Of a stretch of DNA of 64,000 bases, positions 52,801-64,000 are shown piece by piece. The stretch spans positions 4,383,929 through 4,447,928 of the forward strand of contig OZ037769.1 in assembly GCA_964035545.1 (NCBI GenBank), given 5' to 3'. Every line of letters begins with the position of its first letter. Position 1 is the stretch's first letter. Both the position numbers and the translations under genes were made by a program. Origin of the DNA: Bugula neritina (taxonomy: Eukaryota > Animalia > Bryozoa). A model generated the notes under the pieces. The model was not told where the DNA came from, made no database searches, and saw only the letters and a program-made list of their open reading frames with translations.

Positions 52801-55800
52801 ATCTTACATTATGTCTATCAACATATGACGTTTTTATTCTATGCTGATATACAAACAACACTCACTGTCTGCCTGCACTGAAACGCTGCAAGGTGCAGCA
52901 GCTATAGGTAGTCCTGAAAAGACAACTGAAGTCATGTTGTATGGGAGGTTAGCGTCAAAACACTTGCACTGTCTGATCAGCCTATAAAATCACATAGTAT
53001 TTCAGGTCAACAGATATGTTGTAAAAGTATCCAGAGTCAACTAGCTTAGACTTACCACATAGCTGTGTTAAATAAAGCTGTGCATTTTTTTCTTCTTCTT
53101 AGTCACCAACATGCTTGCAAAAAACTTATGTTCTAGTGTATACACCAGCACATTTATTCTTTTACTTCTTATTCAACACATCTTTCGTTTATGTACTTTT
53201 GTTTTGTATTTTTTTCTTGGTGTATTTTTTATGTATACACTTTTATAATTTAGCTACGGTCACTGAGTTTTGCCTTAGGTAACACATGGTAACATAATCA
53301 AAATAATAATTAAAAATATTACAATGACAATGCAACTTGTCAGCTTTTCTGCCTGTCAACTGGTCTGCATAACCTGATAAACTATGTTTTAGTGCTGCAT
53401 GGACTGATTGCACAAAATTAGAGTAATTAATGTCAAACTAACAACATTAGTCCCTCCTAACTAACCCAACATTTCCTAATCTAATAATTTTTAATTAGTG
53501 TGATAACACTAATATTCAAATAATAGTTAAATCTCTAAAAAAAATATTTTTGTTTAATCACAGCTAAAACTGATGGTCAACATCATCATCTTAAAAATGC
53601 ATCCAAACTTTCCAAAACTCAAATTGATAATTTTGTCAGCCCTACTCTACTAATTGTTTGCATTAAACAAGCGAAAGTGAATTTCCTACAGATTAGGTAA
53701 CTTACTCTTTCTGGAAGCATGTACGTAAGCATGCCCATTCACTGTACGTCACATTGAAGGGTATAGCATACATATTTTCTAGGCTATTATCTTGCTCAGT
53801 GCAGTTACCATATTTACCATTAAGTCTCTTTATCACCTTCTACAACACATTAGACATACATAAAAGAATTGAAATATAATATATCATTATTGTGGTTAGT
53901 ACAAATCAGACTAAACCCGACTATATTATACATTTATATAGAATATTATAATATATCATATTGTGATACAATATAAACTATGAATATGACATCATGTAAT
54001 TGCATAATTAGATTTGACATGACTTAAAAATGTAAATAAGAAACTTTGCAGAATAACTTTAATTTGATAGCTTTTACTGCAGTATTTGTAAAATCCAGCA
54101 CAACATAGATTTGTCAATATACTCATTTATAGAAAAGAAATGTTGCAGTCTACACTTTTGATTTGCATAATTTTACAGTCAGCTTCAAAAGTTGAACTAA
54201 ATTAAATTTGTTTAAATACTAATATATAGCATAATTATTATAAATTAAAGTCATATTTATTAATTTTAATATAGCTAATGATTCCATAGCTAACAAAAAT
54301 ACATTATTCTGGACACAAAGTCTAATTATTTTTAAAAGTGTCAAGATAACCAACTTTTAGCAAGATTTTCTCTAAAAACATGTGGTTAGATATTGTATTT
54401 GATGTTTGCTTGAAAAGAAAATTTTGCCAGGCAATGACTCGCTCGAGCTGAACTTACTTTAGCCTTCAAAATAACAAAAAAGCAGAAAAAATATAACTGC
54501 CAGTCAGACTAAAAGAGTTTTCCCATCCCTCCCCCCTTCCTTTGTTACCTTGTGTAGGGCTATGTTACTCAGTGTGCCTGTAGAGACAGATATACTGGTG
54601 TACTCTGGGAAGGGCATAACAGAGCTGTTGTGTACAATAACTTGGACTCCTTCCGATTCAGTGAGAAACGGGATGTATTCGTATGACCCAACATTTATTT
54701 CCAAACTCAAACCTTCAAAATTGAATGATATTGTTGTTAAACAGTTTCATCAAAAACACTGCATAACTGTTGTTGAAGCTAACTGCAGCTTAACCAGCTA
54801 AGTTAGTATAAATTAGATTAGTTTAAATTAGCTAAAGCTATATAGCCTATACTGGCATGGGGGTCAAATAAAGTTGTATAACCATTGAAACAGAATTTTT
54901 TAATATGAAATAACTTTTCTATATATAAAGTATAGCTCCCCTCTATTTCAAGTCTAATTCAGTGGGTATATAACCTGCAAAAATGGGGGCCAGCTAAGTT
55001 GGTATAACTTAATAGAATGGGGACCAACTATATAGGGTAGTTTAATAATTTACTAGAATGGGAGGCCCAGTTAAGGTAATATAACCTGCTAGAGAAGAGG
55101 CTGGCTAAGGCAGTATAATTTACAGCACTTTGAACTAGATATAGTAGCAAAGTTTAATATAATTAAAAATGTTTGAAACGATATAATTTACCATAGCTGG
55201 AACCAGCTAATGTCGTATAGTGGCTGGTTGCATTCTCAATGTTGCCGGAATTGAAGGTGAAGCAGGTTCCATAGTTTGAGTCATAGAATTGCCAAAAATC
55301 TTCAAAATCACAAGCCTGGCCGCCAAACGAACAGGATGAAAACATTTCTTGTCGAGTGTATCCAAGCTGAAATTTTTCTGAGCTGTTTAGCAACACCAAA
55401 TCTACAAATAATAAATTAGATAATAGTTGAAGTATCGTATTGTTTTTATGCTATCATACATTCCAGCTAACAAAATACATTAATTATGCAAAGCTTTGAA
55501 ACGTTGTGAAAAGAAATTGCCTCTTAAAGTGTTGCTAAGTTTCTTTATAAATTTTTTAAGCAAAAAATTTGTTTTAATCATTATAAACATGTTTGTAAAA
55601 AGATTTCCTATTACTTTTCCTTCAATTCAATGACCAATTTAAAATATAAATTCTAATCACAATATATTAATTTTATTTTAACTTTTTAGCAAGTTTACCA
55701 TAACCTGTATAAGTGGGTAATACATAAAAACTCTTTGCACTAAAATGTACTTACTTTCAGCTAGTTTAGCGTAGGTTACTCTGAAACTTGGTATGCCATC

Positions 55801-58800
55801 ATCATTTTCTACAGTTGCATTCCATCCTTCATCTATTAGGTCACTTAGATTTTTATTTGCTCCCGTTTGCAGCTCCGAGTACTTTATAGGGTTATTGTTA
55901 CAAATAGTCACAGCTGTAAATATAAATAAGATGATATTAATAGGACTTAGGACAGTTTTAAATCATAAAGTAATTCTATAATTGCATGAAATGCTAGGCA
56001 AATTGAACATATTGGGAGCATATAACTTTAACGTTTATTATTAATGTTTATGATATGTTTGAAATTGCTATAGGCTACATTATGATCACATCTGCTAATT
56101 ACAGTTTTAAAATCTAACTAGCCCAAGTATTTTACACAGTTGTATGAAAAATTTATATAATATTATTAATTGTTTTTATTATAACATTGTTTACTTATAC
56201 TTCATTATGCAAGTTGGTCAACTTTAAAATATATATTTTTATTTGAAAAAAAATTTCAACCTGATTTCATAGCTGTTGCTGTAACCAAACAGTGTCACTG
56301 CTACAATTACAAAATTGTTTGAAAACAGTTTGGAAGCTTGGTTTTACCAGCACACACTTGGATAGGCTGTTCCACCATACAACCTTTTTAAGCTGAGTCT
56401 CGATTTAATAACTGTACTATTCCTACATTATAGGCTAAGTTCTACTCCTGCCTGGAAAGGGGATTCTTCGAGTCCCGATAAGTTCAATGTTAGTAGTTGT
56501 TGTGAAAGCTGTGTAAGACTTTCCAAGAATAGTCAAGTGAATGCAGAGGAATACAGTACTTATGACTGATAGGATGAGCCATGCCACTCTTTTGACCACA
56601 CCTATACACAGATATAATAGAGTAAATTAATAGTAATACATGGTACTTTAATAGCAATACACAGTATATATTATAGATACACACACACACACACACACAC
56701 ACATTATTTCCAATGTGTAAGTTATATCCTAGATTGAAGCCATACAAATTGTGATTTAATTGTTGGCATTGGCCAGTATGAATCATTTCAACTCTAAACA
56801 TGGAAAACAGTAGTTTTTGTTTCAGCAGCCAAATCGAAGTGTATAATAAATCAAAATTTGGCAAAACTGTTCAAAATTGTAATAGACAAATGACAGAAAA
56901 TGGCTTTGCTATTACTTGAAAACAAAACATAACAATTTATGTTGGAAATGTGAATTGAACTGTAGGTCATATCAAAGAAAATTTATGCAGAAATGCATTA
57001 TAGGCATGCAAATTTATTATAATTCTACGCAAAAAATTGAGTTTATGTTATTATCAACATTTAAGCATGCATATTTGTATATATAATTATTATATTTTAT
57101 GCCTACATGTAGTTGAAATAATATATAGGTGTTTGATTAAAATTTTAGTGTGTAATAACTTCTGGTGAAGTTGTGACATAAAGTAAAGTGGCCAGACATG
57201 ATATGAAAGATAGCTGAGACTTGAGAGTGCTCATGTATAATTATTCAAATTATTCTGAGCTCTTGATCAATAATGAACAAGTGTTCTAGATAAAAACATT
57301 TAAAGAGCTTAGGCTAGGGAATGTTATTGTTAAACTACACCTAAATGGAAGACTAGCTGGCATTCTATTCAAGTCAGAGTATTAACCCACTTGTGTGAGC
57401 TGATTCCTTTTATTAAACTGCTAAAACTTCCAGGAAACTCCTAAGGTTCATGTTGCATTTTCTGCAGTACATGATGAATATGGTTCACTTGGGTAAAATT
57501 ATATATATAGTGTATATATCATTCATTACGTAATAGCTACCATGATATTCAATGGTCACTAGCCAACAATTCATGGTCATTGTCCTGTAAGTGTTACCCA
57601 CCAACATCTCATGTAAGCTTACACTATCGAGTCTACCTTATATAAATCTACAGATTTCCTACCAGCAACCTATTACATACCTAGTTATAGATGAGCCATT
57701 GTACGATACACGACACAGGCAATCTTGCATAGCTGTTAGTTACATGATTCATATTATCACATACAGAAAAAGCATTTGTACTTGCCAGCATACTAGTACA
57801 TCATATACTTATGTCACTTGCTATAAATTTACTGCAATTATAGCTTGTAGAAAGTACACTGGAAAAACAATTTTATGTATTGTTATACTAATAGTGTGAT
57901 GCTACAGTTTATGTTAACATTGAAAGTTACGGTTGCAAGTTTGTTTGGCGCAGGATTCTAATCACTACTGAAAAAGTTGTATAGTTTTACAGAGAGTGTT
58001 AATGGACGTACTAAGAAACTAAGAATTTTGTCATCTAATAGAATATTCCACACTGCTATTCTATGAAGTTATAATCACTCATACCAATTTCTTATTATGT
58101 ACTATGAATCCAATTGCTAAATGATAAACAAAATGCAATTACTTAAGAAGCTGTTATCGGCTGCTGAGTTTTACAACTATATATGTACTGATAAAAGTTG
58201 ATGAAAACCAGATAAGCAAAAGCATTCAATAAACGAAAACTTTATAATACCGGTAATCCAATAAACTGAAATGGTAATAGTAGATTATATTTTCTAATTT
58301 GCATTACACAGATGCAAGCTGTACTTAATGTTTAAATGTCAGAACAACTGATGTTTTATGTTTACAGTCAATTTACATTTACTGAATCTTCTTAATTATT
58401 TATTACTCTTAACAGAAACAACACAGTTTTAAATTTACTCAAACATTCTTGAGTCTAGACTTTAGAGTCTAGGGTGTCTAAAATCTTGCAGCAAATACTG
58501 ACAAAGTGAATTTTGCTAAATTGTTTGCATTAATTCAACTCTACAGTTTTATTCCAACTTTTCAAAGTGTAGTTTTAATTTCGGAATATAAAGCTACAGT
58601 TTCATTTTTTAATAATGATAGCTGTCATAGACAAAGATATTGCTGTTGGGGAGAGAGGTGAAAAGGAGGGGGAGAGAGAAAGTAATTTGTTTTTAGTTTT
58701 AGTTTTAGTAACTACAACTATTGCTGCAGAACAGTTCAACGGCAATGAAATACCTGCAGATGAATACACTTGGGTGATTCCGTGGGACGAAGTAAAGTTA

Positions 58801-59509
58801 GAAAACCCTTTCCACACTGTCTTAGCAGTAACTCTCTTAGTTTCCGGAATATCTTTATTGCCATTGACTTCTACAATAATAAATCAGAGAGTAATTCTCT
58901 ACTTGACTTACCCCTCATTCACACTTTACCGTATTGTACATCGTAACATAAAATATCAGCCATTTTTACAAATGTCTGAGCTCCCTGCACGGTGCTATAT
59001 ACATACTGTTAGGATCAAGCACTGCTTCATTCAAACAAGTTGCGGCGGGCTCCTATTCGACAGAAAAACTTTTGAGTTAACTCACTGGATGTAATTGTTC
59101 AATGAAGTGTCATAAATCGTACCTATAATAGTGGACTTTAAAAACTTCAGCCCGGACACATTAAAAATGGCTGACATTTTACATTACGGCGTATGATACA
59201 GCAAAGTGTGAATGAGGGGTTAGTGTCTGATATATAATGCTAAACACTATTTGAGTTTTAGCATATAACATCATCTACAACTCGTGTTCGGCTGATTTAA
59301 CCAAGTCACCAGCTATAGCAGGTAAATGTGAATTAGTGATGAAATGTGATACACTCACCTGCAGGTCTATACTGCTTAGTTTGCAGCTCCTGAATGTCAA
59401 CTGAGTGAGTCTTGGAGCTTGCAGGTAAAACGTAATCTTTCGGAACCCCAGCGAACCAATATCGTCTAGGTTTGCTTCCTAAACTGCGGCGATTAGAATG
59501 ATTGTTCAT
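49862..59509 (-). CDS. DEG/ENaC family subunit, copy 3 (most divergent), 543 aa
   Basis: 12 coding exons: 59359-59509, 58754-58870, 56452-56601 (GC donor), 55755-55913, 55192-55401, 54549-54712, 53706-53839, 52866-52981, 52137-52212, 51810-51867, 51242-51425, 49862-49974 (1632 nt). FTSSHG, FPAVTICNNN, YGTCFTFN, 14 ectodomain Cys, TM2 SDLGGTFGLWVGWSVLTFFEFIG; ends LCYKKGCCT*. In-frame TAG shortly upstream of ATG 59509 supports the start. Confidence 0.92.
50491..50711 (+). mobile_element. tRNA-derived SINE, full length, perfect 17-bp TSD
   Basis: TSD ataacctagtttaatac at 50474-50490 and 50712-50728; head with TGGTCTAGGG A box, CTAGTAA loop and GGTTCGAGCCC B box. Confidence 0.93.
50735..50936. 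repeat. Degenerate ~25-bp tandem repeat (TTAGCATATGCTACAGTCTCT-like)
   Basis: Recurrent ttagcat(a/g)tg..(a/g)cagt.t.tc units immediately after a SINE. Confidence 0.65.
51872..51946. repeat. 20-bp AT-rich tandem repeat (AATATAATATAAATGATATA)x~3.5
   Basis: Direct inspection; abuts the acceptor of the 58-nt exon of copy 3. Confidence 0.85.
52538..52728 (+). mobile_element. 5'-truncated SINE with 14-bp TSD and internal fold-back
   Basis: Begins at the B box (ggttcgagcc); TSD ttgtaagtttttaa at 52524-52537 and 52729-52742; contains a 32-bp palindrome at 52631-52662. Confidence 0.88.
54838..55126. repeat. Degenerate ~35-bp minisatellite (TATAACCTGCTAGAATGGGGGCCAGCTAAGG-like)
   Basis: Recurrent tataacc/tataac..tagaatgggg..ccagctaag units with no unique spacers. 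Confidence 0.65.
58911..59219. mobile_element. Non-autonomous MITE, Tourist/PIF-Harbinger-like, in first coding intron of channel copy 3
   Basis: ~70-bp imperfect TIRs beginning CCCCTCATTCACACTTT and ending AAAGTGTGAATGAGGGG; TTA flanks both ends (58908-58910, 59220-59222), the TSD type of PIF/Harbinger. Confidence 0.8.
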
Positions 59510-60980
59510 GTTTATCCACTTTACTATCTGCTAATCTAACACAATGGCCACAGCTAACAACTGTAAATGTGCTAATTGACTGCAACGGTTACCTTATAAC
59601 ACAATGATTAAAGAACTTGCATATCTTGCTATTTCAAGCTCATGCGTGAATCTGATTCAACGGCATGTTGAAACCACTCTCTGATGTCAAGGTTAACTCT
59701 ACTAATCAGATATAGAACTGAGTTGACCTATCAGTGCATTGCACCATATACTTATAAGTTATAGTGATTTGCTGGTACCATTATTATATCATCTAGAATC
59801 AATCGTTATGATTAATAGAGAAAAAGCTTTTTACGGATGTTAGTCACTAGATTACTTAGTTGTCATAGCCTGTCACAATAAGTATCATCAATGCAGTCAT
59901 TAACGCAAAATTTAATAATTATATGCTATGCAAATCAAAGTTGCTATTTTATAGGTAGAAAGCAAAATAACTGCAGCTTAAATTTAATTATTACTGCTTT
60001 TTAGAAACTGTCCACTCTCAAACAGCAGCACATCTGTATATATAGTTTCACATGCTTTTCAAATTAAGATTTAAAGGTTAGAGACTAGAAGTGTAACTGG
60101 TTTCTTTTCAGAAAAATAATACTAAAATTTACATTATCAGCTTCAACTTTAATTTCGGAGAAGACTGCTACTTAGCAATATATAAACATAATATTTAACT
60201 TGACTTTAGCATTTAGGGTTGTCTTCTCTTGAACTAAAATTTTATGAAATTGTGAGGAAAATACATTATAAAATGCAACATAAAGTACAATTCATATGCA
60301 TTGAATCCTAAAGAATGTCATTACACTAAGAAAGACAATCATTGACGACATAACGCTGACACAACGTATTCAGAATTTACTTTTAATTGACAGTCAGCTG
60401 ATATTCTTGCTTGATTTGTGAAACTATGGAAATCTTTATATTTAATGAACCATTGTTCTGCCAATTATTTTGGCTATTTTTTGTACTGGCTGTGTATTAC
60501 CGTTTTACTACTCATAGGTGAGTAATTTAAATTATTGTAGATCACAATTGCTTCAAGTGCTGAAAATCCTAATTTTTATATAAAATTATTTAATATAAAG
60601 AGTTTTATAGCATTACAAAATGATAAGTTATTGCAATAACTTAAAAACTTTATAATGTTATACAATATTACAATTTATACTTCCTCTTACATTAAAATTA
60701 AACCACAAGTAATCATCAACAGAGTGTATGCAAGATGCACTATTCTGAAATATAAAAGCTCTATATAAGCATTCGAGAATGCTTTTCAGCTGTTCAAATA
60801 AATTACTTTTTATAAACGGTATGGTAAGGCTGCACCAAAATAACAGCCAACTAAGAAGCTGCTTTCTCCCTGACCAGAACAAGTCAGTCAATTCAAATTA
60901 TTATGTACATAAGAAGACAACTCTCTATGTGTATCACATCAATGGACTATATTATGTGTTATGTTAATTTGTGACAGAAA

Positions 60981-61112
60981 TTGTGGTGGTGTTTGTGGTG
61001 GTATTTGCAGTGGTGTTTGTGGTGGTGCTGGTGATAGTGCGAGTGGTGATGTTTGTGTTGGTGTTTATAGTGGTGTTTGTAGAGTGGCGGTGGCGGTGGC
61101 GGTGGCGGTGGC

Positions 61113-61144
<32 letters not shown>

Positions 61145-61150
61145 TGGTGT
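60981..61150. repeat. (GGT)-rich low-complexity region ending in (GGTGGC)n
   Basis: Perfect GGTGGC units ~61083-61140; G-rich, potentially quadruplex-prone. Confidence 0.93.
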
Positions 61151-61318
61151 GATGTGTGTTACAAATACTGTTGTAAGATTGATTTAATGCTCACATATTT
61201 ATGTCACAACTACTGAAAAAATGTGGGTTCAAAAACTATGGCAGTAATCCAAACTTAAAAAAATCATCTGAAATTGATGATAAAAGTTGTGAAAATTAAA
61301 AGCACAATTTATACTTAT

Positions 61319-61377
61319 ACACTGCGTCATTTTATGAGAACAGTATAGGCTACTGTTCTCATAAAGTGACGCAGTGT
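61319..61377. repeat. Near-perfect 59-nt hairpin (27-bp arms, 1 mismatch, 5-nt loop)
   Basis: acactgcgtcattttatgagaacagta-taggc-tactgttctcataaagtgacgcagtgt, flanked by TAT on both sides. Confidence 0.9.
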
Positions 61378-62057
61378 TATGAAGTTTCTGGGAAATATAG
61401 TCAAGATTTTAAAACAAGATTTTTGCAAAAAGAATTTTTCTGTAAAATTATAATTATAATTGTTACTTCAGATATTAACATGGTGTTATTGAGATATATG
61501 TTTGCTGATGCTTGCTCGAGGAGTGCATGCAACTGTGTTTTTGTCAATGTGGTTGTTATATTATAAAATACTCTACCTGAACCATCTAAGTATCTTAATT
61601 ACATATTATTTACTACTTACACACAAAAAAACTATATAATACAACTATTTGCGGTTATCTGTACATATTGTCTGCTGTTGAAGTTGTTTTCTCTTGAACT
61701 TTGATATACTTGGTATAGAAAATATTATAACTAATTATTCTAGTTGTCAAGAAATATAAAATAGTTTGTTAATTTCCTAAATGCAAGTGTAGTAACTAAG
61801 ACAATTCTAGAATATGTACAGCAGTTTATGTAAGTCTTTTTTGCATAACATTAGAAAAGTCTTTATAAAACATTTCTAATAATAACCAGTAATAAATAAA
61901 AACTAAAAAGACATTAACCTTAATGCTAATTACTATGTAAAAAGAGTTAAAATGAATAAAACTGTCAAGCAACACATAAAAAGCTCATGAATAGTATAAA
62001 TCTGTGGTTTTGCAAATAATTTATATTTAAAATAGCCGACAGTTATGAAGTGTGCAA

Positions 62058-62262
62058 GAGCAGTCGTGGTCTAGGTGTTAGATCATTTGGCTTAGTAAAC
62101 ACGAAATCATGATCCCAGTGAAGGCCATTGGTGATGTTGGAAGGAGCATTCAGTCATAATTGCTCCTGTGCCCCATATAACTATGTCCTTAACCGGCTTC
62201 AACAACTCCTTTTTATCAGGGGCTTCTCACATGGATGGTGTCTATAAAATTGCGCGAGTTTG
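62058..62262 (+). mobile_element. tRNA-derived SINE, near full length
   Basis: gagcagtcgtggtctaggtgttag...cttagtaaacacg...aaggccattggtgatgttggaaggagcattcagtcataattgctcctgtg...ctataaaattgcgcgagttt. Confidence 0.87.
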
Positions 62263-62756
62263 TTTTTGGAGTGTTCTACTTCACAAATGAAATTGCCAAT
62301 AAGTCATGTTATCAAACAAAATGCATTTTAGATTGTTTGTGCAGTGCCTTAATGTAGTCATCGTCAATCAATTACTAGGGATGTTATAGATAAACCCATT
62401 AAACTATGAACTTATAGTTTCAATTCAATGGATAAACCAGTAATCATTGGCTAACTAATTGGCCAAGGCACCCCTTATTGGATATGAAGAAATGAAGATG
62501 ATATCCATTGTATTAGTAATGAAAGCATTTTTTATTCAATTCAAAGCAGCAGCATGGCATGTATTTTATGTCCGCTGTTATGTCTTAGTTCAAATGTGAT
62601 AAGCTAGTGATCTAGCCTACACGGCTACACTTAATTATGACTTAAAACAAGGCTACTCCGGTGTAAATATAGAGCATGTTAAATGATGTGTGACAATTGA
62701 TAGAAAAAATATATTTGTACCATTATTTTGATAAAGTATCCTAATTATAAAGTATT

Positions 62757-62783
62757 AGCCAATAGCAGTAGAGTTCAAGGTCA
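62757..62783 (+). promoter_or_regulatory. Candidate esterase proximal promoter: CCAAT box plus AGTTCA-AGGTCA nuclear-receptor element
   Basis: AGCCAAT at 62757-62763 and AGTTCAAGGTCA (DR0; contains TCAAGGTCA, the NR5A/ERR monomer site) at 62772-62783, ~75-100 nt upstream of the ATG. Motif match only. Confidence 0.4.
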
Positions 62784-62855
62784 TCGATTGTGATATAACT
62801 GTGTGAAGTACCTACTAGCACTAGTTCATCACTGTATCACGTACATTAGCAACAC

Positions 62856-63003
62856 ATGGCATTCACTCTACAAACGATTGTAGCTGTCTGTCTGTTAGTC
62901 TACTGTATATCTGCTGCTGACCCTATAGTAACGTTGAGTCATGGTGGACAACTCCAGGGAGTCAGTACTACATTTCTAAACTCTAAAGTCGATCTCTTTT
63001 TAG
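62856..63003 (+). CDS. First coding exon of a secreted type-B carboxylesterase/cholinesterase-family protein (rest of gene beyond window)
   Basis: MAFTLQTIVAVCLLVYCISA signal peptide then ADPIVTLSHGGQLQGVSTTFLNSKVDLFLG, the typical carboxylesterase N-terminus (PxV...GxLxG...VxxFLG[IPYA]). Strong donor G|GTGAGT at 63003/63004. I could not find the expected GIPYA exon before 64000. Confidence 0.8.
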
Positions 63004-63073
63004 GTGAGTTAGTAAAATTTTTGATGTCAACAACTTCTCTTACTAAGTACCATGCTGGTGTGTTAAGAGCGAT

Positions 63074-63074
<1 letters not shown>

Positions 63075-63137
<63 letters not shown>

Positions 63138-63212
63138 CACACACACGCACACACACACGCACGCACGCACGCACACACACACAACCACACACACGCACAA
63201 CCACACACACGC
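63075..63212. repeat. (CA)n compound microsatellite in esterase intron 1
   Basis: Direct inspection. Confidence 0.95.
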
Positions 63213-64000
63213 AGATGCACACCCACACAACATTTGCTTGTTTTCAATGACTTGAATGCTTTTGCAACTTTTATATTCATCAGTGTGTTCTTCGATTTCA
63301 TGGTCTGCTTCTATATAGTATTTTACAATAATAATTCATAAGAGAAAGTGTAGGTGGTTGTGGAATTCTAGAATCACAAGTCTGTAGAAAGAAGGCTACT
63401 CCCAAAAATAAAGAAGCATCTCAAAAAAAACTAAATCTATTACTTGGAGTCATAGGTTGACTTAATACTTATAGCCACTTTCTTGAGGTAATGCTGAATT
63501 TTGCAGTCTCAAAGTTGATGCTAAATAGAGTTTGTAGGTTAAATGACATTGGCTTTTTTTTGTTATATAAACCAGTGATGGTGTATGACAGGAATGAGCA
63601 AATGATTTAAGGCGTAAGAAGGGCCAGGTTTGTTTGTTGTAAATTTAAGGCACAATGCTGCATTACCAAATGCAAATATAAATTGCTTTTTTTTTCGTTT
63701 CCAAGGCTGAAAGTATGAATTGCATAATATGTATGCAGAATAAAAAAGATGACAGTTTATTAATTTAAAACAAGTTTTATATAGTTCACTAAGCAGGAAT
63801 GCAGCAAAAGATTTGTTGGGGACACTTATAGTAGGCCTAGACTAATTAGTGAGAAGTATGAAAAACACTTCTAGTAGCCATAACAGCGCTAATGTCACTG
63901 CTAGTAATGGGTTCATATGTGGCTACTCGAAGCCAATCTTGCTGATGCTCATTGGTAAGCTAGCTGTGTTATATTATTATATTTTGATATGGTCCATGAT

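Noticed and set aside
54838-55126. ~35-bp periodic repeat as CRISPR-like array
   Set aside because: Units are contiguous and degenerate with no unique spacers; intronic in a eukaryotic gene; no cas genes.
58615-59094. 159-aa plus-strand ORF (and other plus-strand ORFs at 29251, 31507, 38350, 40793, 44175, 45570, 47520, 54550, 55793)
   Set aside because: Antisense shadows of real minus-strand channel exons, here extended through a MITE; no protein-like features.

Overview
AT-rich, intron-rich invertebrate (metazoan) nuclear DNA; no prokaryotic features. Manual splicing recovers six protein-coding genes that the ORF track only fragments. (1) Minus strand, <1..4646: a type-I membrane protein with signal peptide, CUB-like domain, 4 sushi/CCP modules, poly-Pro stalk and TM helix, running off the window start. 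(2) Minus strand, 16950..23294: an 8-exon TMEM134-like gene. (3-5) Minus strand, 28476..38525, 40744..47563 and 49862..59509: a tandem array of three intact 12-coding-exon DEG/ENaC (amiloride-sensitive Na+ channel family) subunit genes of 560, 558 and 543 aa with identical intron phases. (6) Plus strand from 62856: the first coding exon of a secreted type-B carboxylesterase, head-to-head with the channel array. The channel triplet is the most notable system. All three subunits have a G-W-S selectivity-filter motif, a very short and fast-diverging finger domain, and distinct short C-tails. Copies 1 and 2 share patchy tracts of perfect identity suggestive of gene conversion, and copy 3 needs a GC-AG intron. 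Non-coding DNA holds about 11 copies of a tRNA-Thr(AGT)-derived SINE (several with 14-18 bp TSDs), a Tourist/Harbinger-like MITE, several hairpins and many micro/minisatellites. All gene models are hand-built from sequence and unverified by transcripts.
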